Positions 1 to 10,619 of a stretch of 64,000 nt of DNA are shown piece after piece (the first letter of the stretch is position 1; every line of letters begins with the position of its first letter). A program made the position numbers and the translations under genes. The notes beneath the pieces were generated by a model. It saw only the letters and a program-made list of their open reading frames with translations, had not been told where the DNA came from and searched no databases. The stretch covers positions 9,537,534 to 9,601,533 of the forward strand of contig NC_083409.1 in the NCBI RefSeq assembly GCF_020745735.1. The letters run 5' to 3'. The stretch is from Hemiscyllium ocellatum. Taxonomy: Eukaryota.

Positions 1-61
1 TCGAATGGCAGAGCAGACGTGATGGGCCGAATGGCCTAACTCTGCACTGATACATGGTCTT

Positions 62-1030
62 TAAAAGATACACATAGGCGTCCCAGATTAATCGAACATG
101 ATATGGATGTAGGTTATTCAGACCCAATAAAACAAAATCCATTTTGATTTAAACCAGAGAAACAAGTCAAAGTAACAAATGAAGCTCAATACTTGTTGGA
201 GAATCAATTGATTGAATTGTCAGCGTAATTGGAGTTCTCTTGTGTAGGATTGAGCAAAAGTCACTATCATCTAAAACCCTGGATTTTTGGTAAAAAATGG
301 CTGCCTGGAACTATTGTTCTGCCTGGAATTCCAGTTCACACTTCAACTCTGAAAGGGACACCAACCAGAACACATTCTCTTGACTGAAACTAATTTTTAC
401 AACCTCGGCCTACTAACACACACTACCAACAAGCAGCTTTAGAACCAAGAACCACAGAGGCCAAACAGAGAATCTGAATCCAGACACCAAACCAAGAGCA
501 TCATCGTAACAAAGGACACCCGAGAGCAGGAACACCAACCAAACGCTAGAACAAGAGCTTCCAGACACAGGCCTGTTCTGAATAAACACAGAGATTCTTT
601 TGCCCTGAAACACCTGTCTATTGCCTTCTTAATTTCACAGTTTTAAATCAGCCCATTTGTGGAACCAGGGATCTGGGGGTGATTCAAACCACCTAAAAAT
701 CAGCAAATTACTGATCACAAACAAGAGAGGGTGCCCTGATTGAACTGTTAAGAGTAGTTGGAGTTCTCTTGTTTGGTGACTCAGCCAGATGTTTCAATTC
801 GATTCTGTGTACACTACAGGAAAGTGAATGTAGTCACAAAGATGGATTTGTATCCTATTCCCAGGTCAGAAGATTGCATTGAAATGGTGGGTAGTGCGTC
901 ATTCCTATCGAAAATTGATTTGATGAAAGTATATTGATAAGTATCGCTGACAAAAGCTGACAAGGAAATTTCTGCCTTTGCTGCATTCTGGATCTTTGTA
1001 CACAAAGGAAAACTCAAATCCATTTGAAAC
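62..1030 (+). mobile_element. Gypsy/Ty3 pol (RT N-terminal) relic in two pieces separated by about 0.5 kb of other sequence
   Basis: Manual translation gives IEHDMDVGYSDPIKQNPF..EAQYLLENQLIE (~85-220) and RFCVHYRKVNVVTKMDLYPIPRSEDCIEMVGSASFLSKIDLMK..EISAF (~805-980), typical Gypsy RT, with stops. Confidence 0.75.
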
Positions 1031-1149
1031 ATGTTGGGACGTCAGGGTATAGACTGAGGGCAGAACTGAAGAAAATTAGTTTTATTCGGGAAATGATTTT
1101 GGAAAATTTATGGGATTAAAGTTTGATAATTGCCCAAAAAACTTTGGGA

Positions 1150-3660
1150 ACATTGGTGTTCAAGATTCTATTGATTCTGGAACTTTCCCAGTGACTGGAG
1201 AGTTGCGAATGTAACATCACTGTTTAAAATGGGAGGGAGAGAGGAAAGTGGGCAACCTGGACCAGTCAGCCTGACATTGGTACTGGGAAAAATACTCAAG
1301 TTCGTTGTGAAAGGTTTAATCACTGAGCACGTGGAAGACAGTGACAGGATTAGACAGAGTCAGCATGGTTTGTGAAAGGGAAATCATGCTTAACAAATTG
1401 ACTGGAATTGTTCGAGGATGTAATGAGCGGATTTGACAAGTGGGAGCCAACGGATGTGGTTTATCTGGAACCTTCAGAAGGCTTTTATTAAGTCCCACAG
1501 TAGAAATGAGCGTATAAAAGTAAGACTCATGTGACTGGGGGCAGTGTACTGACATGAATAGAGAACTGGTTGGCAGGCTGGAAACAAAGAGTAAAAATAA
1601 ACAGACCTTTTTCTGAAAGGGTACCACAGGCCTGGATCCAGCTAGTCACATATTTGCTCATGATTTAGATGAGGGAACTTAAGAGTAATATCTCCAAGGT
1701 TGCAGATGACACAAAGCTGGGTGGGAGGGGGAGCTGTGAAGAAGATGCAGAGATGCCTGTGACCGTGTATACCAGTCACTGAAAGTCAGCGTGCAGGTGC
1801 AGCAGGCAGTGCAGAAGGTAAATGATATGTTACCTTTATAGTGAGAGGATTTGAGTACAGGAACAGGGATGTCTTGCTGTAATTGTATGGGGCCTTAGTG
1901 AGTCCACACCTGGAATATTCAAACCAAAACTGGTTCAGTGACAGGAGACAGAGGGTGGAGGCAGAAATTTGTTTATGTGACTGGGCCCAGTGTGCAGTGG
2001 GATACCACAGGGATCAGTGCTGGCTCCCTTATTGTTCAGGATGTATTGAAACAATGAAGATGAGAATGTGAGAGGTGAGGGGTGGGGTGAGTGGATGGTG
2101 ACTGAGTTTGTAGATGACATGGGGTTTGACAGATGGTTGATAGTGAGGAAGAAGGTCTTAGGTTACAGGAGGATCTAACTGGATTGGTCAGATGGGCAGA
2201 TCAGAGTCAGATGGAACTTACCCTTGATAAATGTGAGGTGATGAACTTTGGACGATGTAACAGGTGAATAAAGTATTTATGAAGTCATATGGGACACTTG
2301 CCTTTATCATTTCAGGTATAGATGAGAAGATCAGGGAAGATATGTTGGAGATATACAGAATTTTTGTTAGACCACAGCTGGAGTACTGTGTGCAGTTCTG
2401 GTCACCACGCAATCGGAAGTATGGGATTGTACTGGAGTGGGTGCAGAGAATAGTCACCAGGATGTTGCTTGGGATGAAGCATTTCAGCGATGAAGAGAGG
2501 CTGGAAAAACTCAGGTTGTTATCTTTGAAGCAGAGAAGGTTGTGAGGTCCTGATAGAGGTGTAAACGGGTATGAGGGGAAGAGACAGAATGAATAGAAAG
2601 CAGTTGTTCCTCTTCTTCGGAGTTGGCACACATTCATTGTGAAAGACAGGAGCTTCAGAGGGGATTTGAAGAGGAGATTTTCACCCAGAGGGTGGTGGGT
2701 GTCTGGTTTGCATTGTCTGGGCTGGTAGTTGAGGAGGACTTTAAAAATTAATTGGATTAACCCTTGAAATATCATAACATTTAAAGCTATGGGCCTTGTG
2801 TTGGAAAGTTGGATGAATTCAGGTTTACTGTAGTTTGGATGGTACAGGTACAATGGGTCGAAGGGCCTCTTCTGTACTGTGCGATTTATGATTGTATTGT
2901 GTGCAGTTTTGGTCTCCTTATCTGAGGAAAGATGTTCTGGCTGTGGATGGAGGGCAGTGAAGATTTACCAGACTGATTCCTGGGATGACAGCACTTAGAT
3001 CTGATGAAAAACTGGATCAGTTAGGATTATATTCACTGGAGGTTAGAAGATTATGGGGAGTCACACTGAAAACTCTAAAATCCTAACAGGACAAGGCAGG
3101 ATGTTCCTGATAATGAGGGAGTCCAGAATCAAGGATTAAAGTTTAAGGATACGGGAAAGGACATTTAGGGCTGAGATGGAGAGAAATGTTTTCGTTCTAC
3201 AGGAAGCCTGTAGACGTTTCTGTCACTGAAAGCAGTTCAGCTCAAACCACTGAATGTTTTCCAGAAAGGGCACAATACAGTTCTTAGAATGAAAGGGATC
3301 AAAGGTTATGGGGATGAAGCAGGAACAGGCAACTGAGTTGGATGATCAGCCATGATCAGATTGAATGGCAGAACAGGCTCGAAGGGCTGAATGGCCTATT
3401 CCTGCTCTGAGTTTCACTGTTTGAGAGATTGTTCATCAGCGTGGAAACATATTGAATTAGAGAAAAACATTTGCCTTGGGTTAGGAATTAGTTTGGAGAT
3501 AGGAGACAGAGTGGGGGAATAATGTGTTTGTCCTCCAATGAACAAGAGATGAATAGTGGTGTGCCCAGGGATCCATCCTGCAGCTTTAGCATTTCACAGT
3601 ATTTCTTAATGTCTTGGATGAAGGAATAGAAAGTCAGATATCCAAGATTGCTGACCACAC
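1150..3660 (+). mobile_element. Patchwork of degenerate CR1 LINE ORF2 (RT) and 3' tail fragments
   Basis: CR1 motifs LVRPQLEYCVQFWSP and GVPQGSVL-like in the ORF track (1883-2071, 2264-2545); CR1 tail ggctgaatggcctattcctgct near 3390. Confidence 0.85.
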
Positions 3661-4029
3661 TGAGTGAGGCAGCTAGGAGGAGGTTACAGAGATGGGGAGG
3701 GTGGATGGACAAGGAGGGACTTCAGAACAAAGACGAGAATTTGAAAATCGAGGTGTTGGTTTGGACCGAGAGCCGATGTCGCTCAGTGACGGCGGTGCGG
3801 GAGGGGGATGGGATTTGTTGCGAGTTCGGATATGGGCAACAGAGCTTGGGGTGAGCTGAAGTTTACAGAGGGCAGTGGCCGTGATCTGGCCCAGGACAAC
3901 ATTAGAATGATCACGTTTGGAGTCCCAAAGCAACGGCTGGGACTTTCAGTGAGTGATCTCTGTGTTGTGGAGGGTTTGGGGCTCAGATCAGCCTCAAAGA
4001 TGAGGCCAAGATTGTAAGGAATCTGGTAC

Positions 4030-4260
4030 TAAATAAAAGCTGAAAAAGCTGCAGATGCTGCAAATGAGAAACAAAAACAGAAATTGCTGGAAAAGCTCGG
4101 CAGGTCTGGCACCGTCTGTGGAGAGAAAGCAGAGTTAACATTTTGGGACAAGTGAATCTTCTCAGAACTGTTCTGAGGAAGGGTCACTCGACCTGAAATG
4201 TTAACTTTGATTTCTTTCCCCAGATGCTGCCAGACCTGCTGAGGTATTCTGTTTTTGTCT
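4030..4260 (+). mobile_element. Penelope-type terminal-repeat fragment with a hammerhead-like core (4170-4205)
   Basis: gctggaaaagctcggcaggtctggc motif shared with Penelope ends elsewhere in the window; CTGAGGA-A-GGGTC-ACTC-GACCT-GAAATGTT core. Confidence 0.6.
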
Positions 4261-4510
4261 AGAGTCTGATTGAGCAGCAGACAGTGCTCAGGGAGAGGGA
4301 TGGAGGTTGTATCGGGACCTGAAGAGGGTGGCTTTGATTTTCCCAATGTGTTTCCCAGTGAGCCTGGCTCCTCAGTCCTGACTGCTCTTAGCTGCTGTGA
4401 TTGTCACTGATTGGACACTTATTATTAGAGATTCTGACCACAGCAGAAAGCCCCAGTGTAAAAAATAACTGCAAAGACTGTCAGATCGCAAGGTTGAAAC
4501 TTCACCCAGA

Positions 4511-4542
4511 GAGGAAGTGAAAGAAGGAGCTCGGAGCAGCTG
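4511..4542 (+). promoter_or_regulatory. Candidate B-cell enhancer: Ets-IRF composite element GGAAGTGAAA plus E-box CAGCTG
   Basis: GAGGAAGTGAAA at 4511-4522 matches GGAAnnGAAA; CAGCTG at 4537-4542; lies in non-repeat-looking DNA 4.6 kb upstream of the V leader. Motif match only. Confidence 0.35.
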
Positions 4543-5579
4543 AATGTTTGTTACTGAGATGGGAGAAAACTGTGAACCATCTACACTCCCTGGAATCTGA
4601 CAGCACATAAGAACATTAAAACCAGGAGCAGGAGCAGGCTGTCTGGCCCCTGGGGCTGCTCTGCCATTCTGTAAGATCATGGCTGATCTTTTCATGGCCT
4701 CAGCTCCCCCTACCCACCTTTTCACCAAAACCCTTGATTCATTTACTGTTTAAAACATTAGCTGTCTTAGCTGTAAAAACATTTACTGAGGAAACCTGAA
4801 CGACTTCGCTGGGCAGGGAATTCCATCGATTCACCACCCTCTGGGTGAAGAAGTTCCTTCTCTATTTAGTCCTAAATCTGTCCCCCCCCTCCCCCAGCAC
4901 AGGAGGAGGCCATTCAGCCCATGGTGTCTGTGAGTGATCCAATTAGTCCCACTGCCCCCTCTCTCCCCATAACCCAGCAAATCTTTCCTTTCAGCTCGAT
5001 CTCCAGTTGGCTCTTGTAGACCTGGGTCCACAGCAGAGACTGCCCCTAATCTGGGCTCCAAGTTGGCATCTCATTCATTCACTGGGAGTCAAACTGCCTG
5101 GGCTGGGAAATGGAGCTCAGGACCCTGAACATTCCCTCTCCCCTCCTGAGGGACATTTGATGCTGAGGTTTAATTCTATGGAACTTTACAATATATGCCT
5201 ACCATACACACTTCTCCATTCTGTGTGTAAAAGGCTGGAGCCTACCAGCAGGATATTCAACTGCAGGAGCCGTCATCAATTTGACCAATTCTGACCACAC
5301 CCACTCTCCGTAACCTTTCAACTAATTACTAATATCAAATCTGTCCACCTCCTCCTTGGTGTGAGACAGGGAAGGGGCCACGCCATTCCAGACAATTTGG
5401 AATTTATGGAGCACAGATGGAGAAACCTGAGAGAAAACATCAGAATGATGGAGTTTGGACGTTGGATGAGCAGGAATAAGAGTTTCTGTTGTCAAGGGGC
5501 TGATGTAGAGCAGAGACAAACAATGTTGTGGAGATTGAAATAAGAGACCGATGTGATGGAGAGGAAGTGGGGTTTGAAG

Positions 5580-5700
5580 CTCCAATACTGGAGGGTCCAG
5601 TGGGAAAGAAGCTCAGGCTTATTGCTGTCCATTGGACATTCCAGTGGGATGGAGGCCCATGTTTCCTGATCTCTGTTGGAGGTTCCAATTGAGTCCCTTG
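5580..5700. repeat. Left remnant of a ~44-bp minisatellite
   Basis: Units ...ctggagggtccagtggga... related to the array at 6800-7145. Confidence 0.55.
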
Positions 5701-5714
5701 GAATTGGAATGTTG

Positions 5715-6775
5715 GCATTTCTTGCAGCAATTGGAATCTTGGAATTTATTATAAAAGGACTGGATTACAGAATTAAAGAAATATTGTTACAATTTGTGAG
5801 GCCACATCTGAAGCATTGTGTTCAGTTTTGGTCTCCTTACTTGGTGAAGGATATGGTGGCACTGGATGTCGTTCAGAGGATGTTCACCAGACTGATTCCC
5901 GGGATGAAAGGGCTGCCATATGAGGAATGGTTGAATAGCTAGGGCTTGTACTCACTGGAATTCAGTCGCATGAAGGGGGGATCTGAGTGAAGTATATAAG
6001 ATGCTCAACAGGATTGATAGGGCGGACATGGAACAGATGTTCTCTCTTGTGGGCCAGTCTCAAACAATAGGTCATAGATATAGAGTGAGAGGAGGTATGT
6101 TTAAAACTGAGATGAGGAGAAACTACAGGAGGCACAGTGGTGCAGTGTTGAGCACTGCTGCCTCACAGTGCAAGGGACCCAAGTTCGATTCCACCCTCGG
6201 GCAATTGTATGGAGTTTGCACATTCTCCCCCTGTCTGTGTGGATTTCATCTGTGCGCTTCAATTTCCTCCCACAGTCTAATGATGTACATATTCGGAGGA
6301 TTGGCCATGCTAATTTACCCATAGTGTCCAGGAAAGTGTAGGTTAGACTTATTTGTCATGGGAAATGTAGGGTTATAGGGAAAGGGTTCGGGAATGGCTC
6401 TGGGTGGAATGCTCTTTGAAGGGTTGGTGTGGACGTGTTGGGCTGAATGGCCTGGTTCCATACTGTATGGAATCTGTTCCATTCCAACTACTTCTCTCAG
6501 AGGGTTGTGAATCTGTGGAAGTCAGTGCACACCACCACCAACCCCTCCCACCCCCCTCCCCACTCCCCCCGACCCCTTTCCCTAAGCACAGTGGAGGCAG
6601 AATCAATCAACAGATTGAAGAAAGAAACAGATATCTTTCTGATGAAAAGCAGGGTAGAAGGCAATAGGTAGCCGTCTGGAAAGTGGAGAGGAGGTTAAGA
6701 TCAGCCATGATCATGTTAAATAGGAAACGGGCTTGAAGGGTTGATTTACCTATTCCTGCTCCTCATTCCGAAGTT
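5715..6775 (+). mobile_element. CR1 3' fragment interrupted by a tRNA-derived SINE (~6131-6470)
   Basis: VRPHLKHCVQFWSPYL motif; SINE head ggcacagtggtgcagtgttgagcactgctgcctcacag..gttcgattcc with A/B-box-like motifs. Confidence 0.85.
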
Positions 6776-6799
6776 CAATCTTGCTAAGGCAATGAGATC

Positions 6800-7145
6800 C
6801 TTGTTTACTGGTCTGTATTGGAGGGTCCAGTCACAAAGAGTCACATGTTTACTGGTCTGTATTGGAGGGTCCAGTTTGAAGCTGGTCCATATTTACTGGT
6901 CTGCAGTGGAGAGTTCAAAGAAATGGAGGCCTTTCTTTCCTGGTTTCTATTGGAGACCCCAGCAGGAATAAGGTCCATGTTAACTAGTCTCCGCTGGAGT
7001 ATTCAGTGGGAAATAGACCCATCTTTACTGGTCTCCATTGGAGGTTCCAGTGGCAAAGAGGCACCTGTTTAATGGTCTCTACTGGAGAGTTCAGTGGGAA
7101 TGAATTCCATGTTTACTGGTCTCCATTGGACAGTCCAGTGGGACA
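6800..7145. repeat. ~44-bp minisatellite, about 8 diverged units
   Basis: Repeated tgtttactggtct(g/c)(t/c)attggag..tccagtggga units. Confidence 0.8.
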
Positions 7146-7934
7146 TGGATAACGCGGTGAGTGTGGGGCTCATTTCCTTTCCGTAGTAACTGTGTGATGA
7201 TCCAATCCTCATCCCAGTAAAACTGGAGCTTGAACATGGAAGGGGAAGGTGAGGGGAAAGGATTGGAATATGCTGTGAATGGACAGGATGCATCAATGGG
7301 TCAGAGCCTGTCCTGTCCCTCCAGCTCACACTGATGGCCTGAGGATCTCCTCTTTCTGCTGGGCCTTCATGGAATGAGGTTTGTGTCCAAACCAGACCCC
7401 AGTAAGAATAGGTCAACAGCACAGAATTGCCTTTCATTTGACAAGAAACTGATCGTCTTCCTGAGAGAGGCTAAATCCTGGTCAATGTGGGAAATGGGGC
7501 TTTACTGCAGGAGTAGACATACTCTTTGTGTCAAGGGTTAACATCCATAGTGGGGTAGAGCTGGAGCAGATTTACCCTGTATTTAACTTTTACCACTTGG
7601 GACATTGTTGGAAAGGCAGAGAGAGGGAGAGAGTGTGTGTGAGAGGGAGAGAGAGAGAGAGACTGTTGGCGAGAGAGACATAGAAGGACAGGGTATGAAA
7701 GTGAGAGAGAGCGGGATAAAGAGTCTGAGGCAGTGTAGGATGAGTAAAAGGGGGGGAGAGAGAAAGAGGTAGAGAGAGGTACAGATGGTGGAGTTGAAGA
7801 ATAGAGATAGAGCGAGACAGAGTATGAGACAGTGTGACTGAGAGAGAGGGGACAGAGAGAGAGAGAGAGAGAAAGATGCAGAGCAGGTGTGAGACTAAGA
7901 GTAAAAGGAATCTAGTGAAACAGAGACAGACAGA

Positions 7935-8200
7935 CACATTGTGGTCACCACATTATGAGAAGGATATGACTGTACTCAAGAGGGTGCAGAGATTTCCCAG
8001 GATGCTGCCTGGCCTGGAGAGTCTGAACTATGAGGAAGGGTTGGAAAGGCTGGGATTGTTTCTCTTGGAGCAGTGAGGGTTGAGAGGGAACCTGTTGAAG
8101 GGCTATAAGATTATGAGGGGCAGAGATAGGGTGGAAAGGAAGGCAACTTTTTCCATGAGTAGAGGGATCAATATCCAGTGGCAGAGATTGGAGATTACAC
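7935..8200 (+). mobile_element. CR1 LINE 3' fragment
   Basis: LWSPHYEKDMTVLKRVQRFPRMLPGLESLNYEEGLERLGLF. Confidence 0.85.
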
Positions 8201-8399
8201 AGACATAAAAAGATAGAAACAGGGAGCAGCAGTAGGGTTAGGATTAGGGATAAGGATTGGCCCTGTGAGGCTGCTCTGTCATTCAATATGATCATGGCTG
8301 ATCCTCTCCCTCAATGCCAAGCTGGGATTGGTGTTGTTGGATCATTGATGACCAGTACAGACTTGTTAAATGCTGTTCATGTCATTGTGCCTCTGGTTG

Positions 8400-8412
8400 A
8401 GAGAGAGACAGA

Positions 8413-8452
<40 letters not shown>

Positions 8453-8677
8453 TGTACATTGTGAGATTGAGTGAGAGAGGGCAAGGCATTTAATTGCTGC
8501 CCCAGATCTCACTGTTCCAATGTCCTGGAATAATGCCTGTTATAGAGATCAGTTAGAGAGTGACTGGAGGGAGGAAGACAGACAAAGAGAGAGTGAGGCA
8601 ATTAGAGATTGAGGGTATAAAGATAGAACGAGTGAGGAATTAGGTAGAAAGATATGTGAAGGGGAAGAATGAATGAT

Positions 8678-8719
<42 letters not shown>

Positions 8720-8950
8720 CCAATCAACACAGAAGGAAATGGAGATAAACAGAGTGTCAAACATACATGGAAAAAGGGAAAGATAGAAGTGGTTATATAA
8801 TTGGGAGAGGACAGAGTCAGATATGGAAATAGAAAAAGAGGGAGAAAGTCAACGAATAACAGGAATATATACAAGAGTAAGGTGAGAAAGAGAAAAAAGG
8901 GAAAAGGGAGAAAAGAAGTATGAAAAGGAAGGACAAGAGAGAGAGAAGAG
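8400..8950. repeat. (GA)n microsatellites and purine-rich tract upstream of the V promoter
   Basis: (GA)n at ~8415-8450 and ~8685-8715; strongly purine-biased + strand up to ~8950. A similar tract lies at 7610-7880. Confidence 0.85.
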
Positions 8951-9044
8951 GAAGTGTGAGGGGCTGACGTGGCTCTCTCTGCCTGATGCCATTTACATAC
9001 TGAGGAACACCCAGTCAGACTCTCACAGGCTGCAGCTTTATAAA
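8948..9044 (+). promoter_or_regulatory. Ig light-chain V promoter
   Basis: PU.1-like GAGGAAGT 8948-8955, TGACGT 8965-8970, octamer variant ATTTACAT 8991-8998 (consensus ATTTGCAT) and TATA-like TTTATAAA 9037-9044, ending 60 bp before the leader ATG. Confidence 0.75.
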
Positions 9045-9104
9045 GCAGAGCCCAGTGAAGGGAGAGTTTATCAGGAACCAGGCACAGGGACAGGAGCACA
9101 CACC

Positions 9105-9153
9105 ATGATTTCACACATCCAGCTGATCTGGCCCCTGGCATTCTGTGTCGCAG
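9105..9153 (+). CDS. IGKV: Ig kappa V leader exon (L-part1)
   Basis: caccATG; MISHIQLIWPLAFCVA+G; phase-1 donor G|GTACAA at 9154. Confidence 0.95.
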
Positions 9154-9339
9154 GTACAAATCTCTCTCCTTCCACCTTGAATCTTTAGCTGCTCTCCATT
9201 TCACTCCAATTCCACTGACTTGTGATTGAAGGGAAAATGCTGAAACCAGAGGAATGCTCAGTGTCTCCAACAATCTCTCATTTGACCAGCTCTTTCTGTG
9301 ACAGTTCTGACTTCACTGTGTTTCTCTCTGATCCCTCAG

Positions 9340-9637
9340 GTATCAGTGGGGACATCATCATGACCCAGTCTCCCCCGGTGCTGTCAGTGGGACTGGGCCA
9401 GACTGCAACCATCACCTGTAAATCCAGTCAAGACATTAGCGATGATCTTTCCTGGTACCAACAGCGAGAAGGTCAGAAACCCTCACTCCTGATCTATGAA
9501 GCAACAGATCGATTCACAGGAGTCTCCGATCGATTCACTGGCAGTGGATCAGGGACCAGTTTCACCCTGACAATCAGCAACGTTCAGAATGAGGATGTCG
9601 CTGACTATTACTGTATGCAGGATTACAGCTCCCTCTA
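9340..9637 (+). CDS. IGKV: Ig kappa-type V exon, germline and apparently functional
   Basis: Acceptor ctcAG| at 9339; [87 protein letters not shown]; both Cys and the Trp are intact, no stops. Confidence 0.97.
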
Positions 9638-9665
9638 CACAGTGATACAGAGCCATACAAAAACC
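9638..9665 (+). other. V recombination signal sequence, 12-bp spacer (kappa type)
   Basis: CACAGTG (9638-9644), 12 nt, ACAAAAACC (9657-9665): perfect consensus. Confidence 0.98.
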
Positions 9666-9743
9666 TCAATACACACAGCACCACCCCCTGTACTGACACG
9701 TACCCAGTTATATAAATGTATAATAATGGACACACAGTCCCAC

Positions 9744-9788
9744 CACCTGAACTGGCACATCCACAGCTAGATGCAAATGAAACTGAAC
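9744..9788 (+). promoter_or_regulatory. Candidate germline J-C promoter in the V-J spacer
   Basis: E-box CACCTG 9744-9749, perfect octamer ATGCAAAT 9771-9778 and IRF-like GAAACTGAAC 9779-9788. Confidence 0.45.
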
Positions 9789-10092
9789 AAATTACCCCAT
9801 ACTGGGATTGTCACTGTCCACGATACACTCCAGTCCCTGTGGTGTCCACCGCTCACTGAAGGCTTAAGTTTCCCTCTCACACTCCATGGTCACACGTGAA
9901 GAGCAACTGTAAGATTTAACATTGAAAAATAAATTTCACAAAACTCTGAAGCCCAGCTGGACACAGAGAGACAGAGACAGAGACAGAAAGACACATGAAT
10001 GAGGGAGAGAAAGAGAGGTCCGGAAAGAGGGTGAGAGTGAACAAGACTGAGACAGGGAGAGGTTGAGAGTGACGGGGGAAGCAGAGAGCAGA

Positions 10093-10131
10093 AGTTTTTG
10101 TACAGCCTCTGCACTGGGAGCTCTCACTGTG
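10093..10131 (-). other. J recombination signal sequence, 23-bp spacer
   Basis: AGTTTTTGT (10093-10101), 23 nt, CACTGTG (10125-10131). Confidence 0.97.
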
Positions 10132-10166
10132 GCACACGTTTGGTAAAGGAACCAAGCTCAGACTGA
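10132..10166 (+). CDS. IGKJ: Single Ig kappa J segment
   Basis: g CAC ACG TTT GGT AAA GGA ACC AAG CTC AGA CTG A = HTFGKGTKLRL (FGXG motif); donor GTAAGT at 10167, phase 1, compatible with the C exon. Confidence 0.97.
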
Positions 10167-10538
10167 GTAAGTAAACCTCAATCCTCTGTTATTAACCCTT
10201 TCAGTACTGAAATAACTTTTTAAAACTCAAATAATGAATTGTTGAAGGTGTTAGTGGGGAGCTGCAGTGAATGAAATGGTTGATTGAGGAGCACTGTGTC
10301 GAACAGAGTGCCCATCTGTATTTCTTTAGTTCCATTGTCCCTTTAAGCAGCAAGATATAAATCAGTAAGTTTTACTCACTGTGTGAAGGAGCTCTGTCCA
10401 TTTGCAGCCTGTGGTCCCATTCCTGCAGCATGGAGTGAAATCAGTGAGTAGCCTCCTGCCAGTCTCAGTGTGACGGACACTGGGCAGAGTTTGATGTGAG
10501 CTCTGGCTCCCTGTCCCAGTCTCTGATCTCACTGACCT

Positions 10539-10571
<33 letters not shown>
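10539..10571. repeat. (CAG)11 microsatellite in the J-C intron
   Basis: 11 perfect CAG units followed directly by CACAGTG (10572-10578). Confidence 0.95.
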
Positions 10572-10573
<2 letters not shown>

Positions 10574-10619
10574 CAGTGAGACACCGAGCTCCCACCTCCC
10601 CCAGCTTTAACTCTGCTCA

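Noticed and set aside
6131-6200. tRNA gene or RSS heptamers in SINE heads
   Set aside because: The A/B-box-like motifs and CACAGTG belong to the tRNA-derived SINE; there is no cloverleaf and no nonamer.
8602-9273. 223-aa minus-strand ORF
   Set aside because: Low-complexity F/L/S product of the GA-rich tract, antisense to the V promoter.
9222-9770. 182-aa ORF as a single-exon protein
   Set aside because: Its N-terminus is leader-intron read-through and its C-terminus reads through the RSS; the real structure is leader plus V exon.
10292-10383. Extra J segments at the CACTGTG heptamers (10292, 10377)
   Set aside because: No nonamer at 12 or 23 bp and no FGXG motif downstream.
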